Part shown: positions 32,158-46,115 of the stretch, piece after piece
Position numbering within the stretch: the stretch's first letter is position 1
How the letters are laid out: each line of letters opens with the position of its first letter
Made by a program: the position numbers and the translations under genes
Source: Eledone cirrhosa
Lineage: Eukaryota
NCBI GenBank assembly: GCA_964016885.1
Contig: OZ024741.1
Location: 338,024,001 to 338,088,000 of the forward strand
Length of the DNA: 64,000 nucleotides
Direction: 5' to 3'
The notes under the pieces: generated by a model
What the model was told of the DNA's origin: nothing
Databases searched by the model: none
The model's input: the letters and a program-made list of their open reading frames with translations, nothing else

Positions 32158-32289
32158 CATATATATATACATATATATATATACATATATATATATATAC
32201 ATATATATATTTATATATATACATATATACATATATATATATGTATATATATGTATATATATATATATATGTATATATGTATATATATG

Positions 32290-32320
<31 letters not shown>

Positions 32321-32329
32321 GTATATATG

Positions 32330-32436
<107 letters not shown>

Positions 32437-32491
32437 GTGTATATGTATATATATGTATATATATATATATATATATGTATATGTATATATG

Positions 32492-32611
<120 letters not shown>

Positions 32612-32676
32612 TATATACATATATATATATACATATATATACATATATATATATACATATATATACATATATATAC

Positions 32677-32737
<61 letters not shown>

Positions 32738-32740
<3 letters not shown>

Positions 32741-32936
32741 CTGCCTGGAAAAAAATATTATTTATAAGTGTACCATTAAATCCGGAGGCAACGAGTGGTA
32801 TTACGTGGGATCAACGGCAACATCGTTTAAATCTCGATTGTATAGGCATTCTTACTCAATAAAACACCAGAGCCAAAGAAATGTAACAACTTTAGCAGAA
32901 AAAGCTTGGACGCTCAGGGATAGCGACCAAAAGTTT
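32738..32936 (+). pseudogene. GIY-YIG fragment related to family B
   Basis: [51 protein letters not shown]. Confidence 0.9.
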
Positions 32937-32954
32937 ATACATATATATATATAT

Positions 32955-33013
<59 letters not shown>

Positions 33014-33140
33014 CATATATACATATATATATATATACATATATAAATATATATATATATACACATATATACGTATATACATATATATATATATGTATAT
33101 ATGTATATATATATATATGTATATATGTATATATATATAT

Positions 33141-33203
<63 letters not shown>

Positions 33204-33216
33204 TATACATATATAC

Positions 33217-33265
<49 letters not shown>

Positions 33266-33268
33266 TAT

Positions 33269-33333
<65 letters not shown>

Positions 33334-33370
33334 CATATATACATATATATATATATGTATACATATATAC

Positions 33371-33659
<289 letters not shown>

Positions 33660-33670
33660 TATATATATAC

Positions 33671-33701
<31 letters not shown>

Positions 33702-33714
33702 CATATATATGTAC

Positions 33715-34015
33715 ATAAATCTACCAAGAGTTTACGGTAGTGTCCGATCCGTATGAAGAACTCAATGTAATCCGGATATCATGGAAAGAAGAGATGCATT
33801 CAAAAATCACATTCGGTGAAAGATAAACGGAATACAGAGTCAAGATAAAATATTTAAAAAATAATGAATAAAACAATGAAACAGTTCCTTATATTAAACA
33901 AAAAAAGTTCATTATTTAACGATCGTTTCTAGGACATATATGTGTTAGAATTGGCATGCATATTCAACAGATCTATGTACAAAATTATACAAAATTATAC
34001 AAACTATCAAATTTA

Positions 34016-34020
<5 letters not shown>
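33715..34020 (-). mobile_element. Family F pLTR, truncated inside HHR stem II
   Basis: Reverse complement of ~2700-3010. Confidence 0.85.
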
Positions 34021-34096
<76 letters not shown>

Positions 34097-34109
34097 CATG
34101 TATATATAT

Positions 34110-34252
<143 letters not shown>

Positions 34253-34288
34253 TGTATATGTATATATATATATATGTATATATATATG

Positions 34289-34366
<78 letters not shown>

Positions 34367-34417
34367 CATATATATATATATACAAATATATATTTATATA
34401 TATACATATATATATAC

Positions 34418-34464
<47 letters not shown>

Positions 34465-34502
34465 CATATATATATATATACATATATATATTTATATATA
34501 CA

Positions 34503-34592
<90 letters not shown>

Positions 34593-34668
34593 TATATATG
34601 TATATATATATATATGTATATATATATGTATATATATATATGTATATATATATATGTATATATATATG

Positions 34669-34702
<34 letters not shown>

Positions 34703-34754
34703 TGTATATATAAATATATATATGTATATATATATATATATGTATATATATATG

Positions 34755-34789
<35 letters not shown>

Positions 34790-34974
34790 GTATATATATA
34801 TGTATATATATAAATATATATTTGTATATATATATATATGTATATATATATGTATATATATATATGTATATATATATGTATATATATATGTATATATATA
34901 TATGTATATATATATGTATATATATATATATGTATATATATATGTATATATATATATATATGTATATATATATG

Positions 34975-35009
<35 letters not shown>

Positions 35010-35014
35010 GTATA

Positions 35015-35045
<31 letters not shown>

Positions 35046-35048
35046 GTC

Positions 35049-35097
<49 letters not shown>

Positions 35098-35152
35098 TAT
35101 ATACATATATATATATACAAATATATATTTATATATATACATATATATATAC

Positions 35153-35183
<31 letters not shown>

Positions 35184-35235
35184 CATATATATATACATAT
35201 ATATATATATATACATATATATATTTATATATACA

Positions 35236-35271
<36 letters not shown>

Positions 35272-35343
35272 CATATATATATACATATATATATATACAT
35301 ATATATACATATATATATACATATATATATATATACATATATA

Positions 35344-35445
<102 letters not shown>

Positions 35446-35510
35446 TACATATATATATACATATATATATATATACAAATATATATTTATATATATACAT
35501 ATATATATAC

Positions 35511-35581
<71 letters not shown>

Positions 35582-35603
35582 CATATATATATTTATATAT
35601 ACA

Positions 35604-35709
<106 letters not shown>

Positions 35710-35787
35710 TATATATGTATATATATATATATATGTATATATATATGTATATATATATATGTATATATATATATGTATATATATATG

Positions 35788-35821
<34 letters not shown>

Positions 35822-35873
35822 TGTATATATAAATATATATATGTATATATATATATATATGTATATATATATG

Positions 35874-35908
<35 letters not shown>

Positions 35909-36113
35909 GTATATATATATGTATATATATAAATATATATTTGTATATATATATATATGTATATATATATGTATATATATATATGTATATATATATGTAT
36001 ATATATATGTATATATATATGTATATATATATGTATATATATATATATGTATATATATATGTATATATATATATATGTATATATATATGTATATATATAT
36101 ATATATGTATATA

Positions 36114-36530
36114 TTATGAAGAGAGAAGAAACATTTAGATATAATTAGTAATAAAATGTATCATACCTAAACTGTTCCTAAATTCCTCGACTACGTAGTT
36201 TCGTGGCATAAACAAAAACAATATATCAAAGACATAGAGTCCTTGCGAGGTCTGCCGACTTATCAAGAGGATACCTCATTTTACTAGTCTCAAGAACGCG
36301 TCTACACGACGTGAGAAAGAATCCCAAAAGGCGGAGGGGGAGACAGTCACGCGATATAACGGTCGAGAAACAGAGCTAAGCCTCTTATAACCACGAAGAA
36401 AATACCACGGAGGCGGAGGGGGTATTCATATCGAGGCCGTAGAAGAGGTAGTGAAGAAGGCGAGAAGTATGAGTAATGGAAGCTTTCCAGTTGTCCCCAC
36501 ACTTCAAAGATTGCTCGACCAGAGGGAGAT
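36114..36530 (-). mobile_element. pLTR-like insert, family N
   Basis: Homologous to ~53400-53810(+); TA-flanked. Confidence 0.75.
36184..36271 (-). ncRNA. Hammerhead ribozyme, family N (U3-A8 core)
   Basis: Minus strand reads tcctc-TTGATAA-gtcggca...tgccac-GAAA-ctacgta-GTC-gagga. Confidence 0.82.
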
Positions 36531-36533
36531 ATG

Positions 36534-36659
<126 letters not shown>

Positions 36660-36716
36660 TATATACATATATATATATATACAAATATATATTTATATAT
36701 ATACATATATATATAC

Positions 36717-36753
<37 letters not shown>

Positions 36754-36805
36754 CATATATATATACATATATATATATATATACATATATATATTTATAT
36801 ATACA

Positions 36806-36839
<34 letters not shown>

Positions 36840-36927
36840 CATATATATATACATATATATATATACATATATATATATACATATATATATACATATATAT
36901 ATACATATATATATATATACATATATA

Positions 36928-36989
<62 letters not shown>

Positions 36990-37023
36990 TATATATATAT
37001 ATGTATATATAAATATATATATG

Positions 37024-37058
<35 letters not shown>

Positions 37059-37065
37059 GTATATA

Positions 37066-37175
<110 letters not shown>

Positions 37176-37201
37176 TATGTATACATATATATATATACGT
37201 A

Positions 37202-37239
<38 letters not shown>

Positions 37240-37250
37240 CATATATATAC

Positions 37251-37301
<51 letters not shown>

Positions 37302-37312
37302 CATATATATAC

Positions 37313-37343
<31 letters not shown>

Positions 37344-37354
37344 CATATATATAC

Positions 37355-37510
<156 letters not shown>

Positions 37511-37511
37511 T

Positions 37512-37565
<54 letters not shown>

Positions 37566-37566
37566 C

Positions 37567-37659
<93 letters not shown>

Positions 37660-37678
37660 CATATATATATTTATATAT

Positions 37679-37751
<73 letters not shown>

Positions 37752-37792
37752 TATATACATATATATATATATACATATATATATTTATATAT

Positions 37793-37901
<109 letters not shown>

Positions 37902-37916
37902 CATATATATATATAC

Positions 37917-37951
<35 letters not shown>

Positions 37952-37957
37952 CATGTG

Positions 37958-38029
<72 letters not shown>

Positions 38030-38070
38030 CATATATATATATACATATATATATATATACATATATATAC

Positions 38071-38229
<159 letters not shown>

Positions 38230-38248
38230 TATATACATGTATATATAT

Positions 38249-38374
<126 letters not shown>

Positions 38375-38403
38375 GTATATGTATATATATATATATGTAT
38401 ATA

Positions 38404-38560
<157 letters not shown>

Positions 38561-38723
38561 GTATATATATGTATATATATATATATGTATTTGTTCTGTT
38601 CAGCGCAAACGTATGTTAAGGTTTATTTAGATCGGGTTTTTATTTTCTAAAGTAGAAGGTGTTATGTGTGTGTGTATGTGTCTGTTTGGATGGTTAACAT
38701 GTTATGGTGTGACATAATGTATA

Positions 38724-39227
38724 TTAAACCATATTTAATGCTGGTCTATATTTTTGAATAAACATATTTTCCTTATTTATTCGTATTTGTTCTGTTGTAT
38801 TGCCAGCACAAAGGTAAAATGGGAAGACTTGGAATTTGGGTGTCTTATTACTTGTGCAAATGTCTAGATGTGCGCTTAGTGGTATCTGTCTCGTGTTTGG
38901 ATCTCGTAATTGTTGGCGATGAACTGTCATTCTATTTCTGAGTGTGAGTTTAGTTTGTCCTATATAATCTTCATTGCATCCTTTACATTTAATGGCATAA
39001 AATAGATTTTTTGATGAACAAGTGAAGTGATTTTTTACAGCAAAATTTTGTCCTGATTTAAATGTATACGTGTTGCCTTCAATGAGGTGAGTGCAAGTTC
39101 TACAATTAGAGCGACCACATTTTTTGACAGTTGGTTGTGGGTTTGTGATAGGTAATTTGGCATTGGTGATTCCTGTTTTCGGTGATTTCGGTTGTCTTTT
39201 GCTTTTGATTATTTTTGTGTGTTTCAA
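38724..39227 (-). pseudogene. Neptune-type PLE Cys linker + GIY-YIG fragment
   Basis: CGRSNCRTC..FTCSSKNLFYAIKCKGCNEDYIGQT..RNRMTVH..H..E..I.KY.PALN. Confidence 0.85.
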
Positions 39228-39349
39228 GAGCTTTTTTCATTCTTGGGTCTTGTTTCAGTTGCATTTTCGATTTCATCTTTTTTTCTTTATACTTTCACTC
39301 GTGTAGGACACCGGTTACTTTTCATTTTGTAAAAAAACTTCACTTTCTA

Positions 39350-39386
<37 letters not shown>

Positions 39387-39475
39387 AATATATTATATTA
39401 TATTTAGAGTTTTAAACTCAAACAGTCATTTACAATTAATTACCTCAAAGAAAGAAGCATTTCTGAGCCGTGAAA

Positions 39476-39596
39476 TGCAAGTTAATATAAATTAATATAT
39501 GATAAACACGTAAGTGTTTGCATTGCAAAAGACGAAGTTAGCTAGAATGAAATAAACACTTACGACGTGTTTATCATATATTAATTTATATTAACT

Positions 39597-39600
<4 letters not shown>
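39476..39600. repeat. Inverted repeat (~45-bp arms) in a short TA-flanked insert
   Basis: caagttaatataaattaatatatgataaacacgt / acgtgtttatcatatattaatttatattaacttg. Confidence 0.85.
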
Positions 39601-39666
<66 letters not shown>

Positions 39667-39714
39667 TAAAAACAATGAATAAAAACAAAGAAACAGTTCC
39701 TTATATTAAAAAAT

Positions 39715-39852
39715 TCATCATTTTACGATCGTTTCTAGGATATATATGTGTGTGTTGGTATGTATATCATATAAATCTATGTGAAAATTTTACAAACTAT
39801 CACAGGAAATATACATACCTACACATATATATGCTGTCTTCAGAAATAATGA
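39715..39852 (-). ncRNA. Hammerhead ribozyme, family F
   Basis: Near reverse complement of 40193-40330. Confidence 0.83.
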
Positions 39853-40192
39853 TATTTGTTTATTGAAAAAAAAACAAAGATTTAATATAATAGGTCTGTT
39901 TGGGAACAGGTTTTGAATTGACCAATAGAAAAGTAGTAAGTGGTCAAGTTGATAGAATAGTAGTAGTAGAAACTTAATTTAGGGGTAAAGGAATGCAGAC
40001 TTCAGTTTAGAATGGAAAGAATACTTTGAATGAAAAGATTACTTTGGGGATGAAAAGAGGTCAAGCGGGTGAAAGGTACACGAAAATTTGATGTTATTAA
40101 AGAATAATGCTAATGTTAAAATCGAAGGAGAATAACATTTTAGGGTAAAAGTGAGAAATACCAATCTTTGTTTTTTTTTCAATAAACAAATA

Positions 40193-40330
40193 TCATTATT
40201 TCTGAAGACAGCATATATATGTGTAGGTATGTATATTTCCTCTGATAGTTTGTAAAATTTTTACATGGATCTATATGATATACATACCAACACACACATA
40301 TATATCCTAGAAACGATCGTAAAATGATGA
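40193..40330 (+). ncRNA. Hammerhead ribozyme, family F, ~100-nt stem II region
   Basis: tcattattt-CTGAAGA-[hairpin]-GAAA-cgatc-GTA-aaatgatga. Confidence 0.85.
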
Positions 40331-40537
40331 ATTTTTTAATATAAGGAACTGTTTCTTTGTTTTTATTCATTGTTTTTATTAATTTATCTTGACTCTGTTT
40401 TCCTGTGATTTTCATGGAAAAAATTTTGAATACATCTTCTCTTTTCATGATATTTGGATTACATTGAGTTCTTCATACGGATTGGACACTACCGTATATT
40501 TTGGTAGATTTATCTACACATATATATATATATATAT

Positions 40538-41960
40538 ATCAGGTCCACTATCTTCTTGGGGCTTCCATAAGCTTGTAAGATCTTCATCAGGCAATCATGG
40601 TGTCACAGAATCAAAGGCCTTCCTGGAGTCAATGAAAACCGTGACAGCAGGAAGGCTCTTTGCTCTAGCTCCTAAAATTCTCCTCAGCATCAGGATGTGA
40701 CTGGTGGTTGATCGTCCCCTTCTGAAGCTGTTCTGGTTGTCTCTAAGCTTCTTGTCCATCTCGAGCTAGATCCTGTTAAGTATAATTCTGTTGATCGTCT
40801 TTGCCACAAGTGATGTAAGTGAGATCCTCCCGTAATTGTTGGTGTTAGAGATATTTCCCTTCTTTGGTACTGGAACGACGTTACTGATCCTCCACTGATC
40901 TGAGGCAATTCCTTTCTCCAGTACCTGGATACAGAGTTCCAGGATGATATCATCAAAATCTCCTCTGATGCCACTCCATCTTTTCCATGGGTGTTGCCCT
41001 CCTTGATCTTCATCTTGACTCTCTGAAGTTCCTCTCTGGCGAAGGGTCTTGTCTCAATATCCAGTTCCTCAAACAGCCGTCTGATCTCCCCAGTGTTCTA
41101 CACCAACACCAGATCCCAAGTCATTACACCTGACAAGATGACGGAGTTCTTTGAGATACTGGCTGGAGTGCTCCAGGGAGATACATTGTCTTCCTACCTT
41201 TTCATTTACTGTAGCATTGACTCAGAGCAGGAGAGTCAAGGCTAAAAAGATATCAGATGTTGAATTTGCTGACTACATAGTTCTGGTGACAAACACAGTG
41301 AAGGAGGCAGAGGAGTTGATGCAGGAGTTTGAGACTGTGTCGATGAGTGTGGGGCTGAGAATGAATAAGAGTAAGACGAAGTATCTGGTAGAGGATATTA
41401 AGAAGCCAGAAAAGATTACGAATGTAGGCGGGAAGCCGCCTGAGTTGATTGAGGACGATGTGGTGGAGAGGAAGAGCAAAGCTTGTGTGGCGTGTCACAG
41501 TTTGTGGTCGGTGTGGAAGTCAGACTTTTGTAAATCCCTGAAGATCCGTCTCCTCGTCGCTACAGTGGAGTTTGTGTTGCTGTACGGGTCTGAGACTTAG
41601 ACACTGACCAAGGTGCTACACGAGAATGCTGAGGATGTCTCTGAACATTAATCATTATACACTGAGGATGGATAACTCAGAGCTGTACGGGAGCCTCCAA
41701 AAGGTCAGCTCGAAAGTGACAGAGAGAAGATTGAAGTTAGCTGGATATGCTCGCCGACATTCAAAGTTGACATTTCACTCAGTGATACTGTGGGAGCTCC
41801 CTACACGGACACAATGGAAGAGGGAGACCGAGGATGACATATATTGATGCCCTAAGGACAGACACTGGTCTCTGGGAGAGGCAGGACATAGCAGCAATGA
41901 TGAAGGACAGGGAACGCTGGAGAGAACTCGTTCATGGATCTCGGGAATTTTACCCGCCCT
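40538..41960 (+). mobile_element. Decayed RTE-clade LINE with 5' inversion (40538-~41090 on the minus strand)
   Basis: Minus: FIDSRKAFDSV, AYGSPKKIVDLI; plus: YTNTRSQV, LAGVLQGDTL, FADYI, LLYGSET, TYIDALRTDTGL..MKDRERWR. Confidence 0.85.
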
Positions 41961-42017
41961 ATATAAATATATATCTCTGTATATATATACAGAGATATTG
42001 GGGGAAGAGGGGAGAGA

Positions 42018-42024
42018 GATAGAG

Positions 42025-42068
<44 letters not shown>
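42018..42068. repeat. (GATA)n at the Tx1 3' junction
   Basis: Direct reading. Confidence 0.95.
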
Positions 42069-42070
<2 letters not shown>

Positions 42071-42356
42071 ATTTCTATTTATTTGCCACTAGGGCACAAG
42101 AGAAAGGGACAAATACACAGGGGGGAGTTTACATAAATACGAGTAAAGAAAAAGGCATAACAATGAGAATAACATAATAATAAAAAGTCCTCAAAAGGGA
42201 GGGGGCGTGTTGGGGATTGCACATACCCCCGAAAAGTGTGCAACTCTTTTCGCGGGGGAAGCCCAGAGAGGAGGCGCTCCCCCTTTCCTCTTCACTTCTT
42301 CACCTACAGAACAATGTAGAGAGAAGGCCCATTTACATGAGCCATTCTCGCTTCTT

Positions 42357-45326
42357 TCACCCACCTTTCATAAAATGTCTGGGGCCAAGCACTTCTCTCT
42401 CCATCCTGATCCTTCTTCCGAAGTGGTATCGGAAGAAGTAAACCAGGTGATGGCCGGAGAGAAAGTCACCCGACCTCAGACCTTTCAGGCGCATCCACCA
42501 CACAACCTCTTTCATCATGGCTATTACGCACAGAAAGACCGCCTCTGCTTCATTTCTGAAGGGAGGAGGCGGCTTGATGTTCACCACAGACTCGGCGGTC
42601 AATCGAATCGGCGCCACACGCGACAGCAGTCCTTCGACGTAGCCCCACAGATCGGCAACGCCCGGGCAGTGTACCAGTGCATGCGCAACGGTTTCCTCGT
42701 CGCGCACGCATCTGGGACAGATCTTTTTCGCGGGATCCCTGCCCGGGCGCCCGTGTCTGTAGAGCTTTTCTCGAACGTGCAGAGCCCCCCGGTAACACTG
42801 CCAGGCTAGGGACCTCTGGAAGTTGTCCATGGGTCCCGGACCGAAAGTTCTACCGAACAGGCTGGCCAGTTCGTCCTCCTCCATGCCTAGCGACTCTCCA
42901 AGGGTGTCGTCGCCCCTGCTAGCCGCCAGCCCTCTATAGAATGTCGAGGTGGATTCTCCACTGACAGTCGGGTCCGCTTGCCAGAGAGCCGTGAGCGCCT
43001 GGGCACACTCGGTGTGCCAGTTGCCCAGTTTTCTCGGTCTTTGCTTCACGCAGGATTGCAGCTTGGTGAGCGAGACGAGCTGTGGGAAGGCTCGCCTCAC
43101 AAACGGGGCCCACACCGGCTGACCGGTGAGGAATACCTGTAGATGCCGTAGCCTCAATGCGTGCCTACGCATCAACAGCCACGGCATACCCAGCCCTCCT
43201 TTCGAAGGGTGCTGGCAGCAGATGGATCTCCTCACCATGGGAGGCCGCTTCTTCCAGAGGAACTGGAAGAGCATGCGTTCCATAATGGTGAGCTTTTCCT
43301 TGGGGCAAGGCACGACGGTCAGGCGGTAGTAGATGACGGACGCTATGTAAGCGTTCGTCACCTCCTCCCGACCTTTCAGTGATAGTTTGCACTTGGCCCA
43401 CTTCTGGGTCAGCGCAAACACCCTGCTCGTCACCTCGCCCCAATTCTTCTCCACCTGGAGGTCCGGTCCGAACCAGACCCCGAGCAGCTTCACCGGGCCC
43501 TCCGTCCACCGCCCGACGACACCGTCTAACGGCATCGGTTTGCCCCTCCACGTTCCGAGTTGCAAACCGACTGACTTGTCCCGGTTCAGCCTAGCCCCCG
43601 TCAGCCTTTCGTATTCCTCCAGTAGGGTGGCGATCGCCCCGATTTCCGAGGCGTCCGCCACCATTACTGTTACGTCGTCGGCATAGGCCGAGACCGCTTT
43701 GTGCAATCCCAGTTCCAGGGGTATGCCCCGCAGCAACTCCAACTTCCGCAGCAGTGGCTCGAGAGCCAATACGTACAGAAGGGAGGAGAGAGGGCACCCC
43801 TGCCTGATAGACCGGGTGATTTGAAACGGCTCCGAGAGGTAGCCGTTTACTTTAACCCTAGAGCAGACGTTGCCACTGTGCATGGCAGAAATCCAGCCCC
43901 TGAAAACGGGTCCGAAGCTCGCCGCCGCTAGCACCGCATCCAGGTAACCATGGTCGACCCTATCGAACGCCTTAGATTGATCCAAGTTGATCAGGGCCCC
44001 ACCAAAGCCGGGTTCGTTGCCAACCCTCTCTATGATGTATCGCATGAGGTGGAGGTTGTCGTGAATGGACCTGGACGGGATAGCGCATGTCTGCGCGTCT
44101 CCCACCAAACGACCCACCACAAGCGCCAACCTCTTCGCCAACACCTTGGCCAAAATCTGTAACTCTGTATTCAGCAGAGTTATGGGCCTAAAGTTACTTA
44201 AGTCGTCCCCCTTGCTCTCGTCCTTCCTCACTAGCGTGACCACGCCCTTGGTCACAGAACAGGGAATTCTCCCGTTCTGTTGCCAGTTGCAATAGACAGC
44301 CTCGAGGAGTTCGGAGAACAAGACCGGCATAGCTAAATAAAGTTCGTATGGTAGACCATCGAGACCCGGAGATTTGCGTCTGCTGCATTGGCTGAGCGCT
44401 TCCCCGATTTCAGTGGCTGTGATTGGCCTTTCGCAGCACTCTGCTTCGCCGCTCGAAAGACGCGGTAGACCGTCGAGGTATGGACCGAAGTCCACATCCC
44501 CGTCCGGCCCCCCACCCCCTCCGAACAGTCGAGCAAAGTGCCTTTGAAAGGCCTCGCACATCTGCTCAGGTTCAAGGATCACCCGTCCATCCTGGTCTCG
44601 CAAAGACCGAATGGGGGATTTGATCCCACTCTTGGCTTCTGTCACGCGGGCCCAGCTAACAGCTTTCGTCCCCTCGTTTCCTAAAGCACGTATTTTACTT
44701 CGGACAACGCAGCCTTCGTGCTTCGCGTCAAAGAACTGGCTCAACGCCGTTCTCGCCGCTAACACTCTGGCCACGTCTCCGCTCCTAATCGCCTCTTCTA
44801 GTTTATCTGTTAACTCCCTTTCCTTCCTATTTCTATTCGCCGCTAGTTCCTTACTGTAACCTATCGAACTTACTCTAATCTCTCTCTTTAGAGATACCCA
44901 CCACCTACTGTTGACGATCGCTCCCGTCAACCGCATCTTAACTAAGCTACTAATCCGGTTCCTGTAATCTTTCTTTGCCGGCAAGGACAAGTTCATCTTC
45001 CAGTAACCAGGACCCTGTCTATGCGTTCTATCAAGGTTGACCACGCAGCTCACTAATTTGTGATCTGAATAGCCAACCATGATCAATTCTGGACAACTAA
45101 ATACGTCCCTATCCTTACTCCTAACAAAAAACCTATCTAGGTACGATCTAGATTGACCACTGCGGTTTGCCCAGGTCCAGGTTGGTGCAGTTGGACAATC
45201 TAGTCGAAATCTATCGACCAAGTCGAATCGATCGAGTAACCCCTTGAGGCTGCTACACCCCCCTCTATCGGGACATGCCCCTGCATAGTCCCAACGCGCA
45301 TCTAGGATTCCATTCCAGTCCCCCAC
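42357..45326 (-). CDS. Tx1 ORF2 (APE C-terminal part, RT, C-terminal CCHC); N-terminus frameshifted at 45326-45658
   Basis: GDWN, YLDRFF, SDH, SPGLDG, FRPITLLN, DQSKAFDRVDH, QGCPLS, AYADD, CPRC..ETVAHALVHC. Confidence 0.93.
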   Translation of the reverse strand: MGDWNGILDARWDYAGACPDRGGCSSLKGLLDRFDLVDRFRLDCPTAPTWTWANRSGQSRSYLDRFFVRSKDRDVFSCPELIMVGYSDHKLVSCVVNLDRTHRQGPGYWKMNLSLPAKKDYRNRISSLVKMRLTGAIVNSRWWVSLKREIRVSSIGYSKELAANRNRKERELTDKLEEAIRSGDVARVLAARTALSQFFDAKHEGCVVRSKIRALGNEGTKAVSWARVTEAKSGIKSPIRSLRDQDGRVILEPEQMCEAFQRHFARLFGGGGGPDGDVDFGPYLDGLPRLSSGEAECCERPITATEIGEALSQCSRRKSPGLDGLPYELYLAMPVLFSELLEAVYCNWQQNGRIPCSVTKGVVTLVRKDESKGDDLSNFRPITLLNTELQILAKVLAKRLALVVGRLVGDAQTCAIPSRSIHDNLHLMRYIIERVGNEPGFGGALINLDQSKAFDRVDHGYLDAVLAAASFGPVFRGWISAMHSGNVCSRVKVNGYLSEPFQITRSIRQGCPLSSLLYVLALEPLLRKLELLRGIPLELGLHKAVSAYADDVTVMVADASEIGAIATLLEEYERLTGARLNRDKSVGLQLGTWRGKPMPLDGVVGRWTEGPVKLLGVWFGPDLQVEKNWGEVTSRVFALTQKWAKCKLSLKGREEVTNAYIASVIYYRLTVVPCPKEKLTIMERMLFQFLWKKRPPMVRRSICCQHPSKGGLGMPWLLMRRHALRLRHLQVFLTGQPVWAPFVRRAFPQLVSLTKLQSCVKQRPRKLGNWHTECAQALTALWQADPTVSGESTSTFYRGLAASRGDDTLGESLGMEEDELASLFGRTFGPGPMDNFQRSLAWQCYRGALHVREKLYRHGRPGRDPAKKICPRCVRDEETVAHALVHCPGVADLWGYVEGLLSRVAPIRLTAESVVNIKPPPPFRNEAEAVFLCVIAMMKEVVWWMRLKGLRSGDFLSGHHLVYFFRYHFGRRIRMEREVLGPRHFMKGG

Positions 45327-46115
45327 TAAAAGCAGGGAACGCGACGTTCATAGAAAAGTCTCCAGACGCTGGAAGAAGTCGGCTCTTTCAGCCCCGAAGG
45401 GGGCATAAAGACCGACCAGTCTGAAAGCCCCGCCTTCGCCGCCTCCGACGTCCAGCACCAGTAATCGACCAGTAATCGACCCCCCGGGTCCGAGTGAACA
45501 ATCTGTACGTCGAGAGCCAGACGTTTATCCAGCAGTACGGCAAATTCCCCCCCCCCCCCGCCTCCGGGTTGACAGAGAGATGCGTGCATCTCAAAGTCAT
45601 CGAACGCGGGCGCCAGCTGTCGCATGCTGCTGATCCGACTCTCGCAAACAACCATCACATCTATACTTCGTGACCTGAGGTCACTTAGAAGCTTTGCTTG
45701 TTTTGTGGTGGTGTGGGGGTACCCGAGTGTGGTGGGGTTGGGGTATTTGGAGTTGTGTCAGGGAGAGGGGAGGTTATGGGGAAATCTTTCAAGAGGACGC
45801 GATTTAACGGTTTTAAACAGGGGGGCTCACGTCCTGTCTAAATTGTTCTTTTAAGGAACGATAAAGGTCCAGAGGGACCTTTATCATTTTTAAATGGGTG
45901 AAGTTCTCTTTTGAGATAAAGTTTGGCCCTTCGGTCTGCACCAAAGGGCTATTGTTTATTAATTTAAACAGTTTTTTGTTTTCTTTATTTATATATGTGT
46001 ATTGCAAAGTCTTTTTTTGTGATGCTGTCAATGTTTCGGAGAGGGGAGGCGCAGATTTATTTTTGTTTGTTGAGGGTGGGGTGTTTTTGATTGGAGTTGG
46101 TGTGCTGGGTGTGGG

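Larger units (their letters stand above)
39664..40520. mobile_element. Inverted pair of family F pLTRs
   Basis: 39664-39885 is inverted relative to 40163-40382; TA flanks. Confidence 0.85.
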
